In this document: piece by piece, positions 25,335-37,454 of the stretch | How positions within the stretch are numbered: the first letter of the stretch is position 1 | How the letters are laid out: each line of letters opens with the position of its first letter | The notes under the pieces: generated by a model | What the model was told of the DNA's origin: nothing | The model's input: the letters and a program-made list of their open reading frames with translations, nothing else | Databases searched by the model: none | Program-made: the position numbers and the translations under genes | DNA from: Malacoraja senta | Taxonomy: Eukaryota | Direction: 5' to 3' | Length of the DNA: 64,000 nt | NCBI GenBank assembly: GCA_038087875.1 | Contig: CM076001.1 | Span: forward strand, 64,001 to 128,000

Positions 25335-26090
25335 ACATCCTCCGACATTTTCGCTACCTCCAACTGGATCCCACCACTGGCCACATCTTCCCATCTCCTC
25401 CCCTTTCTGCTTTCCGCAGAGACCGTTCCCTCCGTAACTCCCTGGTCAATTTGTCCCTTCCTACCCAAACCACCCCCTTCCCGGTTATTTTCCCCTGCAA
25501 CCGCAGGAAATGCTGTACTTGTCGCTTTACCTCCCACTTCGACTCCACCCAATTAGTCTTTCTAGATGAGGCAGAGGTGCACCTGCACCTCCTCCAATCT
25601 CACCTCCTACATCCGTTGTTCCAGGTGCCAACTTCTCTACATCGGCGAGACCAAGCACAGGCTCGGCGATCACTTCGCCCAACACCTCCGCTCAATTCGT
25701 ACTAACTAACCTGATCTCCCGGTTGCTCAGCACTTCAACTCCCCCTGCCATTCCCAATCTGACCTTTGTGTTCTGGGCCTCTCCATTGCCAGGGCGAGGC
25801 CCAGCACAAACTGGAGGAACGGCACCTCATATTTCACTTGGGTAGTTTACACCCCAGCGGTATGAACATTGACTTCTCTACTTTTAGATAGCCCTTGCTT
25901 TTTCCCTCCTTCCCCTCCCCTTCCCAGCTCTCCCACAAAGCCTACTGTCTCCGCCTCTTCCTTTCTTCTCCCGACCCCTGACCCCGACATCAGTCAGAAA
26001 TAGGGTCTCGACATGAAACGTCGCCTATTCTTTCTCTCCATAGATGCTGCCTCACCGGCTGAGTTTTTCTGGCATTTTTGATCTTCCTCT
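25335..26090 (+). mobile_element. Penelope-like element 3' part (GIY-YIG remnant + tail)
   Basis: MRQRCTCTSSNL...LYIGETK..LGD.F...HFN motif; same family as 46675-48290. Confidence 0.85.
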
Positions 26091-27044
26091 AATGGGCTTT
26101 TAATTTATGCACCAGCCTCTTACATGGAACATTGTCAAATGCCTTTTGGAAATTAAAAAATATATTACATCTACAGGCTATCCTCCATAAACTCTCAAAG
26201 ATATTTGAGAACATTTTTCTTTACCCTTCAGAAAACCATATTGCTTAGGTTTAATTGTATTCAACTTTCCTAAATAATTAGCAAAGAAAGGGAATATTTT
26301 TCCAGTTATACCTTTGGGAGCTCATTATCATAATCTCTAATGATTAACCACAATTAATCAATTAACTAATAATTAAGCATAAGGTGAATCCTGTTCCCTG
26401 TTAACTCTAGGATGGACTAGTTGTAGCAGCAGTTCTTTTTAGTTACACTTCAGTGACATCTAAAATAGCAGAACAGAAACAAGAAGGACTCGAAGGGCCG
26501 AATGGCCTACTCCTGCACCTATTTTCTATGTTTCTATGTTTATAAGAACAGTAGAGATGGAATCACAGCCATTAAATGAAAAAAAATATGACCTATATTT
26601 AAACTGAAACAAAAGCCTCTCCATAAATTACGTGCATAGCTTGAACAAGGCTTTCTTAGAGAGAACCAGAGGGAGTTTTTACCAAAAACTTCAAATAAGA
26701 GGTTTTTAAATATTTCCCATGGCTAGGATCCAAAACACCATCATATCCACTGTAGATTCTACAGTGTAGGATTTATATAAACATTGATGTTCTTGGAATA
26801 CCACAATTTCTTTGCCTGTCTTCAAACTTCAAATGTGAGCAGTGTTTCATAAATAAACACAGCAGCAGGTAATTCCCCTTTAGCACTTCAGTATGTTGCA
26901 AATTCAGTCAAAGAATACAACAAAATTAAAAATGTAAATTCAATTAGGCACTTATACTTAGGAAAATAACTTATACTTAGGAAAGGGTTGTTAACACAAA
27001 ACAGTTTCTCCTGGCGACACAAGCAAGATTTGTACTTGGCTGCA

Positions 27045-30000
27045 CAGGTACGGAAACGCACGGGTAACCAGACGGTTTGACCGGAACGCGTAGTCCGAGG
27101 TCGCGGGGCGGGCGTAACAGTAGGGGCTGGCAAAACAGAAACCGAGGGACACGATGAACGCGAACGAGGGACGGGAGTAACAAAGGGGACCGGAGAAACA
27201 TAACCGGGGGTAACAGGTGCAGAGGGCAGCAAAACGGCCGGTGGACATCCTCTACGCCGCGGAGTGGCCACTATCACCGGGCTATCCTCGTCGACATTAA
27301 GGCGGCCCACGGAGACGAACTCCTCCTTGCCACCCATGTCCAACGTAAACGTCGAGGTACCAGTCCTCAGCACCCTGTATGGACCTTCGTACACCCGCTG
27401 TAACGGCGAGCGGTGAGCATCCCTACGAAGGAAAACATAAGCACAATCCCGTAACATAGTAGGTACATGCACCGCAGACGATCCGTGCCGAGAAATGGGA
27501 ACCAAAGCACGCGCCCGCTCGCGAAGGTCAGCTAACAAAGCCCAAGCCGGGACCTCCTGATCCCGGGGGACGGGTAGAAAATCCTCGGGCACCCGCAAAA
27601 CAGAACCGTAAACCAGCTCGGCTGAGGAGGCGTTGAGGTTCTGATGCCTCGGAGAACCCAAGGCAACTGGTCGATCCAATCTGGACGGGTGAGCCGAGCC
27701 TTCAACGCCGACTTAAGGTGCCTGTGGAAGCGCTTAACCAAACCGTTGGACTCTGGGTGATACGCGGTGGTCTGGTGCAGCTTCGCGCCATACAGCTGCG
27801 CCATATCACTCCACAGGGAGGACGTGAACTGGGCCCCTCGATCAGTAGTGATATCTGAAGGAACCCCGAAACGAGCGAACCAATTAGAGACGATAGCCCG
27901 CGCACAAGCCTCAGCGGAGGTATCAATTAACGGTATCGCCTCCGCCCACCTGGTAAACCGGTCGACGATAGTCAGTAGGTGAGTAGCCCTGCGCGAACAC
28001 GGCAAGGGACCTACCAGGTCGACATGGATGTGCAGGAACCTGCCGTCTGGAACAGCGAAATCCTGCACGGGCGGACGCACATGCCTCTGCACCTTGGAAG
28101 TCTGACAAGGAATACAAGAGCGGGCCCCGCTGCGACCTGCTTCCGTAACCCATGCCAGACGAACTTGGCCATGACCAGGGCAGAGGTGGCGCGAATGGAC
28201 GGGTGCACAAGGCTGTGGATGGTGTCGAAAATCCGACGCCTCCAGGCGATCGGGACAATGGGGCGGGCTTTACCCGTGGAGACATCGCAAAGGACCCGCA
28301 CGGCGGCGGCGCCGCAGGGCACCTTGGCCAACTTAAGGCCCGACTCAGCATTGCGGTAAACCTCCATACCAGCGTCTACCTGATGGGCAGCGGCCAGCTC
28401 CTCATAATCCACACCTAGGCTTAAAGCAGAAACTTCTGGGGCTGCTGGACGGGACAGCGGTCAGCCACGACGTTCAGCTTCCCCGCCACATGCCGAATAT
28501 CAGATGTGAATTCGGATATGTAGGCGAGGTGCCTCTGCTGCCTGGCGGACCAGGGGTCGGACACCTTTGTCAAAGCGAACGTGAGTGGCTTGTGGTCCGT
28601 TAATGCAGTGAAAGCGCGCCCCTCCAGGAAATAACGGAAATGGCGGATCGCTAGGTAGAGTGCGAGGAGCTCCCAATGTACTTAACCTCAGGGGCTCGCA
28701 GCTGCCTGCTGCAAAACGCCAGCGGCACCCAGTGGCTACCTACTCGTTGTTCGAGGACAGCACACACCGCGACGTCGGATGCGTCCACGGTGAGGGCCGT
28801 TAGGGCTGACGCCCTAGGGTGAACTAGCATAGTGGTGTTGGCCAATGCTGTCTTAGCCCCCTCGAAAGCTGACTCAGCTTCCTTAGACCAGACCAGGTCC
28901 TTAGGCTTACCGGCCAGACACTGGAACAACGGCCGCATGATGGCGGCTGCTGACGGGACGAAACGGTGGTACAAATTGACCATTCCGATAAATCCTGTAG
29001 GCCCTTAATGGATAGAGGCCTCGGGAAGCGATGGATAGCGTTGACCTTCTCGGGCAGTGGCTGTGCGCCGTGGGAGGTGATGCTGTGACCCAAAATGGAA
29101 ATGGAACGCAATCCGAACTGGCACTTCGCAGGGTTGATTACCAACCCGTGTTTGCGCAGCCGTTCGAAAAGCAGGTGAAGGTGCCTAACGTGCTCTGCCT
29201 GTGAGGTGCTGGCCACCAGGATATCATCGAGGTAGATGAATATAAACGGCAAACCCCGCCCGACCTGATCCATTAACCTTTGGAACGCCTGAGCAGCGTT
29301 CTTCTGGCCAAAAGGCATTCTTAGCCATTCGAAAAGGCCAAAAGAGGTGATGGTGGCCGTCTTAGGGACGTCGTCCGGATGGACCGGAATTCGATTATAA
29401 CCGCAAATGAGGTCGACCTTTGAGAAAACGGTTGCGCCCTCCAGATGAGCCGAGAAATCTTGGATGTTCGGGTCTGGGTACCGATCTGCCGTGGTTATGG
29501 CGTTAAGATGCCTGTAATCACCGCAAGGTCTCCAACCCCCGGACGCTTTAGGTACCATGTCTGGCGGGGAAGCCCAAGGGCTATCCGACCGCCGGACAAT
29601 CCCCATGTCCTCCATAAGCTGGAACTCGTCTCGTGCGATGCGCAGTTTATCGGGCGGGAGGCGGAGTGCGCGGGCGTGAACCGGTGGGCCCTCGGTGGGA
29701 ATGTGGTGGACCACGCCATGACGGGGCGCGGCCCCGTTGAACCGGGGCGTGAGCAACCCTTGGAAATCGGCGAGCAGGGCTCCGAAAGTTTCCTGGATCT
29801 CAGCTACCTCGTTGAGTTCCTATAGGGGCGTGGACGGATTACGCGGCTTGGCAGGGCACAGGTCTGACACAGGGACCATGCGTCCGCCTCGCACATCGAC
29901 TAATAAGGAGAACACGCACTAGAAATCGGCCCCCAGGATCAGTTCGGCGATGTCAGCAATGGTGAACTCCCACCTATACGGGCGGGAGTCTAAATTTAAG

Positions 30001-31209
30001 TCCAGGGTCCGCGTACCATAAGTGCGAATGTCGCTCCCGTTAACAGCTGAGAGGACGGGTCCTACCTTACCGACGCGAGTATCTCGGGTGCTTGGCGGCA
30101 GGATGCTGGCAATGGCACCGGAGTCCACCAGGAAACGGTGGCCGGAATGGCGATCACGGACGTAGAGGAGTTCATTTGGGCCGATATCGTTCGCCTCTAT
30201 GGACGATCGGCTGAGTCATTTCCCTGAAACGAGCAGGGGCTTCGGCATCTTCGGGCTTCGGGGCCGTAGCGCTGATGGTAATAGCGCCAACGACGTCTGC
30301 TGTTCACCACTGGAAGCGGCGATTCCTCTTCGACGCTGGGCTGGGCTTCTTCTTCCTCCCGCTGTCATCTCGGTTGCACCCGCGCCATCACAGGGGAGCG
30401 GGTGAAGGCACAAACGTCCCGCCATCTGTGTGCCCACAATTCGTCGGCTCTCTCCGCGAGGTGCTGGGGTTCACTGAAGTCAGCTCCGGCGAGCATCAGT
30501 CGGACTTCATCGGGCATCTGCTCCAGGAACGCCTATTCGATGAGCAGACATGGACGGTGCCCGTCCATCAGGGTTAACATCTTTGCCATGATGGTGGATG
30601 ATCGTCGATCACCAACGCTGTCCATGTGCAATATCTTTGTTGCGCTGTCTCTGCGACTGAGACTGAAAGTGTGGAGCAGGAAGGCTTTCAGCCCCTCGTA
30701 CTTGGCAATCGTCAGCGGGTCCCTGATGTAAGGCAACAGCCTCGAGGCACAGTCCTGTGGCAAAGCTCCCACCACATGGAAATACATCGTATCATCCGCA
30801 ATTATGCGGTGCAGATGAAACTGTGCCTCAACGTGGGCGAACCACACATGAGGTTGATCGGGCCAAAACGATGGCAATTTGAAGCCCGGTTAGCCCCGCC
30901 ACGTGCCGGCCGATTCTGAGGGAACGTAGTCTTCCTGCATGATCTATTTGTCTAACGACGGCTAGACAGGTCGGGGTCACCAATTTGGCGGTCGCAAGAA
31001 CGACAACTAAGTTTTGATAACTGGTTTTATTCACAAAACAGCTATTTAGCTTGCAGGTCCTCACAGCACGTCTGACCACAACGGTGGTCAGCACTCAACT
31101 GCCGCACGAAAGCGAAACCGCGCGAAAACAAGCAGCCCCTCGGAGTCACGTGACCGCGGCTTCCGAACGCCGGGTTCGATACCTGCGTGCGCCAGCAGGC
31201 GCTGTTACA
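27045..31209 (-). mobile_element. Gypsy LTR retrotransposon, 5' LTR present, 3' LTR missing, frameshifted
   Basis: 5' LTR 31209-30986 (TG...CA, AATAAA); PBS TGGTGACCCCGAC; gag FWPDQPHVWFAHVEAQF; protease FLVDSGA; RT YLDD (28824-29756); RNase H VDASD; integrase HVDLVGPLP, TDRG, YHPESNG. Confidence 0.92.
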
Positions 31210-32490
31210 ATATCTGTTTTAACTCTTACAATTATTACCACTCTCACTAACTCATGATTTATACCTTATACTGTCTATCAGCTATTGTACAATATCCTCA
31301 AATATCCCTCTTCTGCCATCTAGATTATTTGTTCCAGGAGAAAGTCATACTTAAATTGAACCAACAAGCTGGTATTGGAGGCTGCAAAACTCCCCACTCC
31401 TTGAGGAAAGTATGCAGGGACTCATGTGGAGGAAGAGATGAAAATGGCAATGCTGGCCAAGATGCTCTTTTGGATTATTTCATAAATAACCATCTTTATG
31501 AGTGGCGATGGGGGTTCAGGAGGCATTTAATTATGATAGAACATACAGCATAGAATATAGAATATAGAATAGCACAGGAACAGGCCTTTCAGCCCACAAT
31601 GTCTGTGCCAAGACAAATTATTATCTGCCCACACATAGTCCACGTGCCTCCATTCCCTGCATTTCCACATGTCCATTTAAAATATGTCATCATATTTGTC
31701 TCACCCACTATGTTCTTGACACCTACCACCCTCTGTGTAAGTAAAACTTGACCCGCATATCTCCTTTAAACTTTGCCCCACTTGCTGTAAAGCTATGCCC
31801 ACAGAGCTGAAACAGGCCCTATGGCTTAGCTTGCCCATGCTGACCCGGGTGCCCCATCTACACTAGTCCCACTGCCTGCATTTGGCCCTTCTCTCTCTAA
31901 ACCTTACTCCCCATGTACCTGTCCAAAGGTCTTTTAAATGTTGTTATAGTTTCTGCCTCAACTACCGCCTCGTTCCATATACCCACCACCCTTTGTGAAA
32001 ACGTTGCCCTCTAGATTCATTCAATCCTTCCCCTCACACCTTAAACCTATGTCCTCTGGTTCTTGATTCACCTACTCTGGGTAAAAGTCTCTGCATCTAC
32101 CTTATCTATTCCCCTCGTGATCTTATTCACCTCTATAAGATCACCTCTCTTCCTCTTAAGGATTACAGTCTAAGCCTGACCAACCTATCTGTAGATCAGT
32201 GCATGTTCCTTTAACTTAGTGACCTCACCACTACTAACCACTCCCCATTGTCTCTCGTATAATTGTAAGGTCCCCACCTCCAGCCCGCTCTCTAGCTCCA
32301 GTGATGACCACGGACAGCTATTGCATAGTGTGTGTTAGTGATTATAATAAACCATCAGTAAAAGACTCTGTGTAGGAACCAAGTCATTTTACATGGTGTC
32401 ACAGCGGTAGACTCGCGTCTCCTGTTTATCGGTTTTTCCTTTTATTCTTTGCTTTCTCCCAGTTGTTCACGTCTCCCCCCCGTTTTCATT

Positions 32491-32960
32491 ATGTCCAACT
32501 CCTGTCGGCGACCCGACATTTTGGTCTTTGACACGGACATTGTCCACCGCTGGACTGTGTTCCAGCGTGACTTTGAACATTACACAGCCATCGCTCATCC
32601 TAATGCCACCCCTGCTGTGCAGGCTCACCTGCTGCTCAACCTCGCTGGCCCGGAGGCCATGGATCACTATGCTTCATTCGACTTCGCCCCCGGAGAAGAC
32701 CGTCGGGACCCGGTATGTCTCATGGCTAAATTCACTGCCCTCTGTGATATCCCTACCAATAACATTATTGAGCGCTTTAAATTCTTCCAGAGGCGGCAGA
32801 TTCCCGGCGAGCTTATTGACGCTTTTATTGCCTCTTTGCGTCATATGGCTCGGCGCTGTCGCCTTGAAACAATCTCCACGGACGAATTGATCAGGGATGT
32901 CCTGGTCAATGGTCTCCTGAACGCTAAGCTGCGTGACGAGCTCCTTATGAAACATGATTT
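32491..32960 (+). pseudogene. Gypsy gag N-terminal part, interrupted by insertion
   Basis: MSNSCRRP...ERFKFFQRRQ..GE..D.F...LR..A..C motif; frame continues at 33791 once the insert is removed. Confidence 0.85.
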
Positions 32961-33790
32961 AATAATAATAATAATAATAAGTTTATTTATATAGCACATT
33001 TTCCAATTGAATTAAATCAAAAGCCAAAGTGCTTTACAGTTAACTAACCATACAAATAATAAAAAGAGATAGAAAAAATGACAACACACTATAAGAGATT
33101 TTACACAAACACGAACATCCCCCCACAGTAGAATCTACACTCTCCACTGTGAGGGAAGGCACTAAAATGTCCAGTCCTCCTCCTCCTCCTAGTCCACCCG
33201 AGGTCGGGGCCAGTCTGAGGCCACTGCAGCCAGCCGCCGCAACGGCAGCCCGATGTTGTCTGCCCACCCGCATCGGGTGGAAAAGTCCTCAGCAGCTTGA
33301 AAATGTCTGAAGCGGCCGCTCCTTCCCTGGAGACTGCGACGCCCGCGGACTTCAGGCCGCGCCGGTTGGAGCTTCGACTCCGCGGTGTTCCTGATCCAGC
33401 GTCGCCCGCCCGCGGCGGGATGCCCTCAAACCACAGACCGCGGCTGCCCGATGTTGGTGGTCGGCGGCCACAGCACTCCGGAGCGGCGACCCGGCAAGGC
33501 ATCGCCTGCTCCCCGTTGGTGTCCCAGCACTGTGCCGCCGAAGCTGTGGTCCCCGGCAGGAACGCCGCTCCAGCCCGATGGAAGGCCGCATGGGGAGATC
33601 GGAGACGCGATTAGGAGGAAAACCGCATCTCCGACCAGGTAGGACTGGGGTAAAACAGTTCCCCCCCACATAGAAAGAATAGACTCCAATAAAAAAAATG
33701 TTTCAGACAATAAAAAAGTTAGACGACGGACTGCAGGCAGGCTGCCATACAAACGGCGCCCACTCCTGCACATCCGCCATCTTGGACTTT
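32961..33790 (-). mobile_element. GC-rich non-autonomous LINE derivative with L2-like tail (copy 2, apparently full length)
   Basis: Begins CCAAGATGGCGG on the minus strand, ends AATAAAC(TTA)n; interrupts the gag codon TT|G; near-identical to 16277-17068. Confidence 0.9.
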
Positions 33791-33956
33791 GACACTAAGG
33801 GAGGCTATGCATGCCGCTCGTATGGCCTCTGCTGTTAGCTCCGTGTCTCAACCGTGTCCCAGGACATTAACTTTACCGGTGCCCCAGGACATTAACTTTA
33901 CCGGTGCAGCTGGCCGCCGGCGGAACGCTGGTCCGCCACGATGAAACCCCGCTACA

Positions 33957-36900
33957 ATGCCCGCTAAGGTCACCCCACGCCGTTGCCCCAATTGTAATTT
34001 TTCTTTCCACCAGTTCAACGTTTGCCCCGCGCAGGGTAAGACTTGTAATTCCTGTGGCAAACTGAACCACTTTTCGGCGGTTTGTCGGTCCCGTGATAAG
34101 CCGGTTCCTGCTCCAAGGAGGAACTTAAACAACCTTGCAGACCCTGATAGCGCGCTTGGTTATCAGTACCAGTCGGACTTTGATAGGAGCTCCTCCCATG
34201 GTGATTCAACGGTGTTTTTGCTTTTGGGTGCACCTGCTACGATAACAGATCCCTCTGTGCATGTTACTGTAAATGGCCATTCATTCTCTGCCAAGGTCGA
34301 TACTGGTGCCTTTGCAAATGTTATGTCTGTCAGCCTCTTCAAGCGGATAAGATCTGGGGAGACAGTTACTCCCGGCGACACCCGCCTTCATGCCTATGGG
34401 GGAGGAGTTCTAGTTCCAGTGGGGAAGGCCACGCTTATCTGCACAGTCCTTGAGACCTCTCGGCCCCTCACCTTCCACCTGCTGGATTCTGACAACGTCA
34501 CCCTGTTGAGCGCCCGTGCGTGCCAGGACCTTGGCTTGGTTTCTTTCCACCGCGGAATTCACCTGGTGCAGGCCCCCATGGACCCCCTGGGCGAATACCC
34601 CGACCGTTTTGATGACATTTTGGGCAAATTGCCCTGTGACTATAAAATCGTTGTCGACCCGAGTGTCGACCCGGTGGTTCGACCGGCCCACCGCGTCTCC
34701 TTTGCTATGAAGGGCCGCGTGGAATCTACTCTGCGTGATATGGTGACCATGGGCATCCTCAAGGAGGTGAGCGCTCCCACCAGGTGGGTCTCAAACATGG
34801 TTGTCGCTGCCAAGAAGGAAAAGAGCGAGATCCGGATCTGCATTAACCCAAAGGACCTGAACCTGGCCATCAAGCGCCCGCACTACCCTATGCGGACGGT
34901 GGAGGACGTCGCTGCACAGGTCGGTCCTGCCACTGTCTTCTCTGCCTTAGACACCAAAAGCTCATTTTGGCAGATCCCTTTAGATGAACGTTCCTCATTC
35001 CTGACCACCTTCATCACACCTTTCGGCAGGTTCCGTTTCCTCCGCATGCCGTTTGGGATCAACTCGGCTAGTGAGGTTTTCCAGCGCACCATGGAACAGC
35101 TGTTCGCTGGGTTGCCGTGCGCTATCATCGTGGATGACATCCTGGTGTACGGGAGGGACGTCGCTGAGCACGACCTGCACCTCCGCAAAGTCCTGGACAG
35201 GGCTCGTAAAATCAATCTCAAGCTCAACCCCAAGAAGTGTCGGTTCCGGGTCCCGGAAGTCACTTACGTTGGTCACGTTTTCACGGCAGGGGGTTTAAAG
35301 CCTGACCCCCAGAAAACATCAGCAGTCACCGAGATGCCCGCTCCTACTGACGTTCCCGGCCTGCAGCGCTTCCTGGGCCTGGTCAATTACCTGGGGAAGT
35401 TCATACCTGACCTCAGCGAACTGAGTGCTCCCCTGAGGGAGCTGATCAAGAAGGACTCCGCATGGGTCTGGCTCCCGCATCACCAGTCGGCGTTTGTGGC
35501 TCTGAAGTCCAAGCTCACAAACACACCGACTCTCAAGTTCTTCGATCTGCACAGACCAATTGTCCTCACTTGTGATGCCTCTAAGTTCGGTCTCGGTGCC
35601 GCATGTCTGCAGCTTTATGACGGCCTGCAGCTACCTGTCTCCTACGCTTCTCGCACCATGACCCCTGCCGAGCAACGTTATGCACAGATCGAGAAGGAGA
35701 TACTTGCCGTGGTGTTCGCCTGCTCCAAGTTTAGGGATTACATTCTGGGCAACACCTTCACCATTGAGACTGACCACCAGCCACTGGTCACTATTCTGAA
35801 TAAGCCTATCCATGTCGCCTCTTCCCGGTTGCAGCGGATGATGCTGCAGCTCCAGCGTTTCACGTTCCGGATTGTGTACCGCAAGGGCAAAGATATGTCT
35901 GTGGCCGACACATTGTCCCGTGCGCCGCTCCCTTCAGTTGCCCGCCACCCGTACGAATCGTCTGACCTGATGGTACTGAATGTTAACATTGTTCCATCCC
36001 AGCAGATGCAGTCCCTGGTCAAACACACTGCTGATGATCCTGCCCTGCAACAACTTGCGGACGTTATCCGCCGTGGTTGGCCTGACCGACGATCTTCCCT
36101 GCCGGCTGGTGCCGTGCCCTACTTCCTGGTTCGTGATGAACTGGTGCTACACGACGGCGTGGTGGTGAAGGGTCACAAGGTCGTGGTGCCGGCCGCTCTG
36201 CGAGATCACTATTTTCAATCTGCGCACAACGGCCACCCCGGGGTGGAGGCCACTTTGTCCCAGGCCCAGAGCCAATTCTACTGGCCAGGTATGGCTCAGG
36301 ACATCCGTGACAGGGTCTCCGTTTGCGCTGCCTGTAACAGTCTCCTGCCTCATCAGCAGCGCCAGCCCCTCCTGCAGCAGCCGGCCCCCGAGCTACCGTG
36401 GATGTCTGTGGCCATGGACCTTTTCGAATGGCGTAGCAAGCACTTCCTGGTCCTGGTGGACTCATACTGCAGTTGGTTTGAGGTGGATCAGCTGCCTTCC
36501 ATCACCTCTGCCGCCGTCATCGGGAAGCTTCGCCACCACTTTTGCACCTTCGGACCCCCGGTGACCCTCCAATCGGACAACGGCAGCCAGTTCTCCAGCG
36601 CCGAGTTCCGTGCCTTCGCTGCCCGTTGGAACTTTCGTCACATCACCAGCAGCCCTGAGTATCCGCAGAGCAACGGCCTTGCGGAACGCGCTGTCCGCAG
36701 TGCCAAAGAGCTGCTGGAACACTGCCGCCTTTCACATTCTGACTTCTACCTTGCCCTCCTCAACCTCCGCAACATTTCCCGCGACCCCGCGCTCGGTTCA
36801 CCTGCCCATCGCCTCATGTCCCGCACCACTAGACCACCTCTCCCTGTCTCGCAACAGTCCCTCAAACCCTCGGTCCAGAACCCTGCCGCTGTCACAGAGC

Positions 36901-37454
36901 GCATCATCAAGAAGAAAGCCATCCAGAAGCGCTCCTTTGACAAGTCGGCCCGGCCGCTTCCTTGCCTGTTCCTGGGCCAGGTGGTTCGGATGCAGTCCCC
37001 CTCCGGGCACTACAGGCTGGCCGTAGTGGTTGGTAATGCCGGCTCTCCCCGGTCATACCTCGTCGACTATGAGGGCGCTATCTACCGTCGGTCACGCCAG
37101 CACCTCCTGCTCGTCAACGAGCCTCCTCCGCCTCCCGCGGACCCGTTTCAGCCACCTATCCCTTCCATTCTGCCCGAGGCTCCGCCAGCCCCTGTCACTC
37201 CTCGCATGTCACGGAAACTGCCCTCCCAGCTCTCTATGCCCCGCGCTCATACGCCTCTTTCCCCTGCCTTCCCTGCCAGCGTGCCCGTTTCGCCTCGCTG
37301 TCCTCCTCCGTCTCCGGTTCGTTCCCCGCCCGGCTCTCCCACCTCTTTCCCTGACTCTGTCCCTTCTGCTCCTGCGCTTGAGGGGGAATGCGGGTTGCGC
37401 ACCCGCTCTGGCCGGTTGGTCAAGCCGCCTGTACGTTACGGGGAGCTCGCTTAG
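33957..37454 (+). CDS. Gypsy gag C-terminus (2 zinc knuckles) + pol: protease, RT, RNase H, integrase (1165 aa open)
   Basis: CPNC...H...C and CNSCGKLNHFSAVC; VDTGA; RMPFG, IVDD; CDASKFGLG; HNGHPG..CAAC; MDLF, SDNG, PQSNGLAE. Confidence 0.95.
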   Translation: MPAKVTPRRCPNCNFSFHQFNVCPAQGKTCNSCGKLNHFSAVCRSRDKPVPAPRRNLNNLADPDSALGYQYQSDFDRSSSHGDSTVFLLLGAPATITDPSVHVTVNGHSFSAKVDTGAFANVMSVSLFKRIRSGETVTPGDTRLHAYGGGVLVPVGKATLICTVLETSRPLTFHLLDSDNVTLLSARACQDLGLVSFHRGIHLVQAPMDPLGEYPDRFDDILGKLPCDYKIVVDPSVDPVVRPAHRVSFAMKGRVESTLRDMVTMGILKEVSAPTRWVSNMVVAAKKEKSEIRICINPKDLNLAIKRPHYPMRTVEDVAAQVGPATVFSALDTKSSFWQIPLDERSSFLTTFITPFGRFRFLRMPFGINSASEVFQRTMEQLFAGLPCAIIVDDILVYGRDVAEHDLHLRKVLDRARKINLKLNPKKCRFRVPEVTYVGHVFTAGGLKPDPQKTSAVTEMPAPTDVPGLQRFLGLVNYLGKFIPDLSELSAPLRELIKKDSAWVWLPHHQSAFVALKSKLTNTPTLKFFDLHRPIVLTCDASKFGLGAACLQLYDGLQLPVSYASRTMTPAEQRYAQIEKEILAVVFACSKFRDYILGNTFTIETDHQPLVTILNKPIHVASSRLQRMMLQLQRFTFRIVYRKGKDMSVADTLSRAPLPSVARHPYESSDLMVLNVNIVPSQQMQSLVKHTADDPALQQLADVIRRGWPDRRSSLPAGAVPYFLVRDELVLHDGVVVKGHKVVVPAALRDHYFQSAHNGHPGVEATLSQAQSQFYWPGMAQDIRDRVSVCAACNSLLPHQQRQPLLQQPAPELPWMSVAMDLFEWRSKHFLVLVDSYCSWFEVDQLPSITSAAVIGKLRHHFCTFGPPVTLQSDNGSQFSSAEFRAFAARWNFRHITSSPEYPQSNGLAERAVRSAKELLEHCRLSHSDFYLALLNLRNISRDPALGSPAHRLMSRTTRPPLPVSQQSLKPSVQNPAAVTERIIKKKAIQKRSFDKSARPLPCLFLGQVVRMQSPSGHYRLAVVVGNAGSPRSYLVDYEGAIYRRSRQHLLLVNEPPPPPADPFQPPIPSILPEAPPAPVTPRMSRKLPSQLSMPRAHTPLSPAFPASVPVSPRCPPPSPVRSPPGSPTSFPDSVPSAPALEGECGLRTRSGRLVKPPVRYGELA

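Noticed and set aside
33942..33944. TGA as a programmed gag-pol readthrough site
   Set aside because: It lies upstream of the gag zinc knuckles; more likely a CGA-to-TGA mutation.
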